Part shown: positions 59,706 to 64,000 of the stretch, piece after piece
Layout of the letters: each line of letters opens with the position of its first letter
Numbering within the stretch: position 1 is the first letter of the stretch
Assembly: GCA_907165135.1 (NCBI GenBank)
Contig: OU015569.1
Coordinates: 124,001-188,000, forward strand
Reading direction: 5' to 3'
Length of the DNA: 64,000 nt
Origin: Oikopleura dioica
Lineage: Eukaryota; Animalia; Chordata
Notes under the pieces: generated by a model
Told to the model about the DNA's origin: nothing
The model's database searches: none
Seen by the model: the letters and a program-made list of their open reading frames with translations, nothing else
Position numbers and translations under genes: made by a program

Positions 59706-62700
59706 ATGAGCAAGAAGGCGACCAGCAAAGCGTCCAAAATCGGTTCCAAAGTAGGTTTTATTCCAAATCGCCGGATTTTCCGCCAATTTAGCTCTCCGCT
59801 CTTGTTTTTTAGCGCTAAAATCGGAGCTAGAAATCGGTCGTTTTTAAATTAGCAACTTTTTCAACTTTTAAAACTGAAAGCGAAAATTTTAAATGGAAAA
59901 AGATGCCCGATTTGATCATCGTCAAGTATTTTGTCAGAAAGCGATTTGACCTTGCCGCGCTAGAAAGAGGAAAAAGAGAGAAGCCGGGGAAGGGATTACT
60001 CAAGGTACCCGACATTCCATCCCGGTCACGGATCCGGAGAGATATGACAGGGCGCCCCGCAGGAAGACGCGCCCCTAATCTCCCAATCGCAGAATAATAA
60101 TATTTTTACATGCGCATATCCTCAATTTTCAAATCGTGGGCGACACTTTCTTTTCCAATTTCAGACCTTTCAAATCGGCTATTTTTACAGAATTAAGGGT
60201 CCCCCATTAAAAAGGGAGTCCCAAATAAAATTTATTAAGAAAAATCATCCCTCAACCTTTGACTCAAATTTTTAAGGCTCTCCCTATTGATATTTTCCTC
60301 GGTCCAAAAATATGGAGCGGGTTAACTTTTGGGTTAAAAATTAAAGAAAAATTTCGCTTCTTTAAGCCCAAAAGTTAACTGAATCCGTATTTTTGGGTCG
60401 AAAAATATCAATAGGGAGATCCTTAAGAATTTAAGCATAATGATAATTTTCTCTACCCAAAAAATGGATTGGGTTGATTTTGGGCTAAAAATTGAAGAAA
60501 TTTTGAGTCAAAAATGTCGCCCTTCAGATTTTTAACCCAAAATTTAACCCAAGTCATATATTTTTGGGTCGAGGAAATTATCAATAGGGAGCGCCTCAAA
60601 AGTTAGAGTTTGAGGGATGACTTTTCATTTGTATTTTTAGAGAAGTTCTAGCACGTGTGTAAGCGCAGCCGGCATTTGATCGAGTTAAATAATTCGGCGC
60701 CGACCGGGTGGTTAAATAAAAGCGTCGTGGTTTGTCCCTTGCGGTGGCTTGCCAAATTGCTTGTCAGAATTCGCTATTCCGTAAACAGAGGAATAAAAAC
60801 CCGCGCTGCTGATAACTTATCATCTCGGCAGGCGCTCATGCTGAGACGGAATCGATTAAAACAAGCAGAAAAGCACTCTTGCTTATCGCAACTTCCAAAA
60901 AGACTTGATTTTTATTACTGTAATACTAACTGTTTTGGTTCAGACATCTTATGACAGTGACTCTGGATCTCGCTACTCGCGGGATAACACAGCCGGCTAC
61001 ATTTCGGAAAAGGACCTCGCCGAACTCGCCGAAACACTCAGCCCCGAATTCAGACAAATGCGAAATGAAGAAAAAGAAGAACTCAAGGTAACAATCAAAC
61101 ACCATAAGAAGAGAAAAAACTGAAATATAAAATTAGTTAATTTGTTGGATTAGTTTGTAGAAATGAGTCAATAATATTAGTATTTAAATGATCCATGAAG
61201 TAAGGTTTATTCTATGAAAAAATACTCTCCGAACCCGATTTTATCGAAATCATCAATTTTGTAAAATAAATTGATCGAATTTCTTGACGGCGTATTTCTC
61301 GCTACTGCGATTCAATAACCATAATGAGAGCGCGCAGGGGAAAATAACTGATAAAAACGTTTCACTATGATTTTGAAAAATGATCACCAATATTCATGTT
61401 GTGTCTTGACCGAAAAATTGAGCACATTCAAAATACGATAAAAATTGACAGGGAAATAGATTTCGCTCCTGGCTGAGCTCGATAATCTGCGTAGAAAACC
61501 TGAGTCAGGATCTGAAGAAGTAAATTAAAAGCCGCGAAGCTTTACTGCTTCGTTTAAAAATCCGCTTCGTGGCTTTTCATTTTAGCTCTTTATAACCTGA
61601 CTCAGGTTTTCTACACAAGTTGCCGAGTCCCGGCCCCTCGTGGTTAAATACAGACCATGTTGCGTCACCGGCTCCAGGAATAATGGGGAAAGAACATTGC
61701 TGGTAACTTCCGCCCATGTTAACATGGTTAATCGTTACCGCAGAGGGAGGGTCGTGACTTTTGACATGATTGTGCGGTTTGATTCGCCATTTTTCTTTGC
61801 TTCAGTAACTGCTGCTTTCGGGGCTTTGCCGGCGTAAATCTAAATCTTCAGGATTTGAATAATCGTTTCGCTACTTACATCGAGCGCGTGCGCTACTTGG
61901 AGCAGCAGAACAAGCTGCTCGACGCGCAACTGCGCCAGATCACCGTCAAGTACGACTCCAACTTGCCGGAAATCTACGTCAACGAGCTCAGACGACTTAG
62001 ACAGATTACGGAAACGCTCAACAACGACAAAAGCTTATTGGAAGCGGAGCTAGAACGACTCAGATCTGATGTACTCGATCTCAGACAAGAGTAAGTTTTT
62101 ACCCACTTGATACCCTTAAGAATTCATCGAAAACCTATCTTCAAGGTTAAAATATCCAATTTTATGATAGTGATACCCTTATTTTATTTCGCCAAAGAAA
62201 GTCGACTCTTTTAGCTTTCAAATAGGTAAATAAGGGTATCACTCTACTATTTTTTGCAGTAAATTTTTCTTAAATTTAGTACAAAAATAGAAGAGTGATA
62301 CCCTTATTTTGTTTAACTATTTGAAAGCTAATAGAGTAAACTTTCTTTTGGCGAAATAAAATAAGGGTATCACTCTAGTATTAAAAATTATAGTATTATA
62401 AATTTCGCTTGAATTATGAGATTATTCATCCCTACTCCTTTAGCAAAATCCTCTAAAACCCTTATTTTTTCAACAAAAATCGATACTTTGAATAATTTCC
62501 ATGGATTTCAAAGGACCAGGAATTTGTACAGCTGTGTCTTGACAGGTTAAATTTGACAAAGTTCAGGATTGATAATGGGCACTGCTGGTTTTAAATAAAA
62601 TGTCACATCACGTGTCCCCTGACAGGACCCGCTTGCGGTGACATTTTGATCAAATTACTTGGAGTCTCAAAGTAGAGGCCAGGGAAACCCCCACACCGGC

Positions 62701-63440
62701 CCAATTTGATTTTTCCTTCTTTCTAAATTCAATTTTCATGAAAAAATTCACATTTCCGGCAAAAAAGAGCATGCTCTTTCGGGGAAGGGGTTATTGGATT
62801 ACTGCTATTATTTATGGAAAAAACGTCTTAAATAATTGGCTCAAGAATGGAATTTGGGGTGGAAGTTTATTGTTCCTGGCTTGCTGGATTAAGGACCTCC
62901 TCAAATTAAGAGAGACCTAGTGTTTCAATGATTATCGGCTTGCGAGCTTTTTGGCTGCCAGACACTAACTTAAGGGGGTAGAACATAGATAACGAGAAGC
63001 GCAATTTATTGTCCGGACGATTTTATCCCAAAGTTAGCAGAATGATACCCTTATTATTTCAAGGATTTTTCTCCACTAAAATGCAGAAAAAACTGTTTAT
63101 CGAGCCTTACCCCCTTAAAATTTCTATAAAAAATTTAAGTTTCGAACTTGCTTTTGTTCAAAAATTAACACACTGACACCCTTAATTTATTTCATCAAAA
63201 TATAGCTTAATCCCTCGCCAAGATCCTTCCTTCTCAAAAACGTCTATTATCGAGCCGTACCCCCTTAAAAATTATCTTTTCAGACACAACTCGGCGGTGG
63301 GCGAGCGGGAAGAACTGGAACGGGAGTTGCGCAATCTGCGGGAAAACGTAGACGAGTGCACCTTAACCCGCGTCGATCTGGAGAGGAAGCTGCTCACCCT
63401 CCGCGAGGAACTAGAATTTGAAAATATGGTGCACCAGGAG
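59706..63440 (+). CDS. Cytoplasmic intermediate filament protein (short chordate-type coil 1b); continues beyond the last exon seen
   Basis: GCCGCCATG start; EKEELK|DLNNRFATYIERVRYLEQQNKLL (coil 1a); LTRVDLERKLLTLREELEF; no 42-aa lamin insertion. Confidence 0.92.
60241..60625. mobile_element. Foldback element in IF intron 1
   Basis: TCATCCCTCAA..CTCCCTATTGATA ... TATCAATAGGGAG..TTGAGGGATGA; internally two smaller palindromes. Confidence 0.7.
62168..62374. mobile_element. MITE family C (AGTGATACCCTTATTTTATTTCGCCAAA arms)
   Basis: Two head-to-tail palindromes; related copies at about 13620, 47590, 49650, 57390-57635, 59150-59260 and 63045-63270. Confidence 0.75.
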
Positions 63441-64000
63441 GCAAGTAACCAAAAGTCGTACGCTTTTCCGTATTCCAAATATTCGCCTTATCGCGCTTTG
63501 TTCTGGAGTAATCGCGCTCTTTAAAAATCCGAAAAGGTGGAAAACAGGGAGGAAGCACTTTGTGCAAAAATTGTGACACAGCGGAAGAGAGCCAGATCTT
63601 ATCGCCGCTCTCAAAGTATAAACCCACTTTCTTCCTCCTTCGCCAAAAATATAGCGCGTTTCTGTTGTCACAAAAGAGCCGCCTAACGTTGGAACATAAT
63701 AATTAACTAATTAATCAAAATTAATTTATATACAACTCTCTGCTTGTTTTTGGGATGACAATATAAGTCGAAAAACGATTTCTAGCGCTTTACGATCAAA
63801 ATTGTCAATCTGAATTAAGGGCTTCACCGTCATAAACTAGATTTTTGACTCAAAAGTCGACGAAGATTCTGAAAATCGAGAAGCCGCTTGCGACTTCGAG
63901 TCAAAAAACTGAAGCCGCGCGAAGCGCGGCTTTTGATTTTCAAAACTCGAAGCCGCAAGCGGCTTCTTGACTTTCAGAATCTTCGTCGACTTTTGAGTGA

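Noticed and set aside
59706-63440. Nuclear lamin
   Set aside because: Coil 1b aligns in length with vimentin-type proteins and lacks the 42-residue lamin insertion.

Overview
Eukaryotic, gene-dense DNA with many short introns, several of them non-canonical (GA-AG, GC-AG). Together with the gene content, this points to a larvacean tunicate of the Oikopleura dioica type; that is an inference and was not checked against a database. Recognisable genes: a fibrinogen-C domain protein (3' part), KDEL receptor, a divergent kinase apparently fused to a papain-like domain, a carbohydrate sulfotransferase, an inactive trypsin-like/TSP1/Kelch mosaic, an Olig-class bHLH factor, a single-EGF membrane protein, an MFSD4-like transporter, a small protein with RNA Pol II CTD-like heptads, a Cys-rich/Thr-mucin/TSP1/VWA protein, a RING protein and a cytoplasmic intermediate filament (5' part). 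Non-coding DNA is saturated with nested palindromic MITEs. Most are hAT-like, and five have perfect 8-bp target-site duplications (TSDs). The strongest candidate for new biology is an abundant MITE family (about 40 copies or fragments by eye). One copy sits inside kinase coding sequence, where its TSD supplies a GA...AG splice pair that would remove it exactly, i.e. an introner-like route to non-canonical introns. The family also carries AP-1 sites, GNA-triloop hairpins and co-varying arms. Several single-base frameshifts in homopolymers look like assembly errors. Exon boundaries were read by eye and are approximate.
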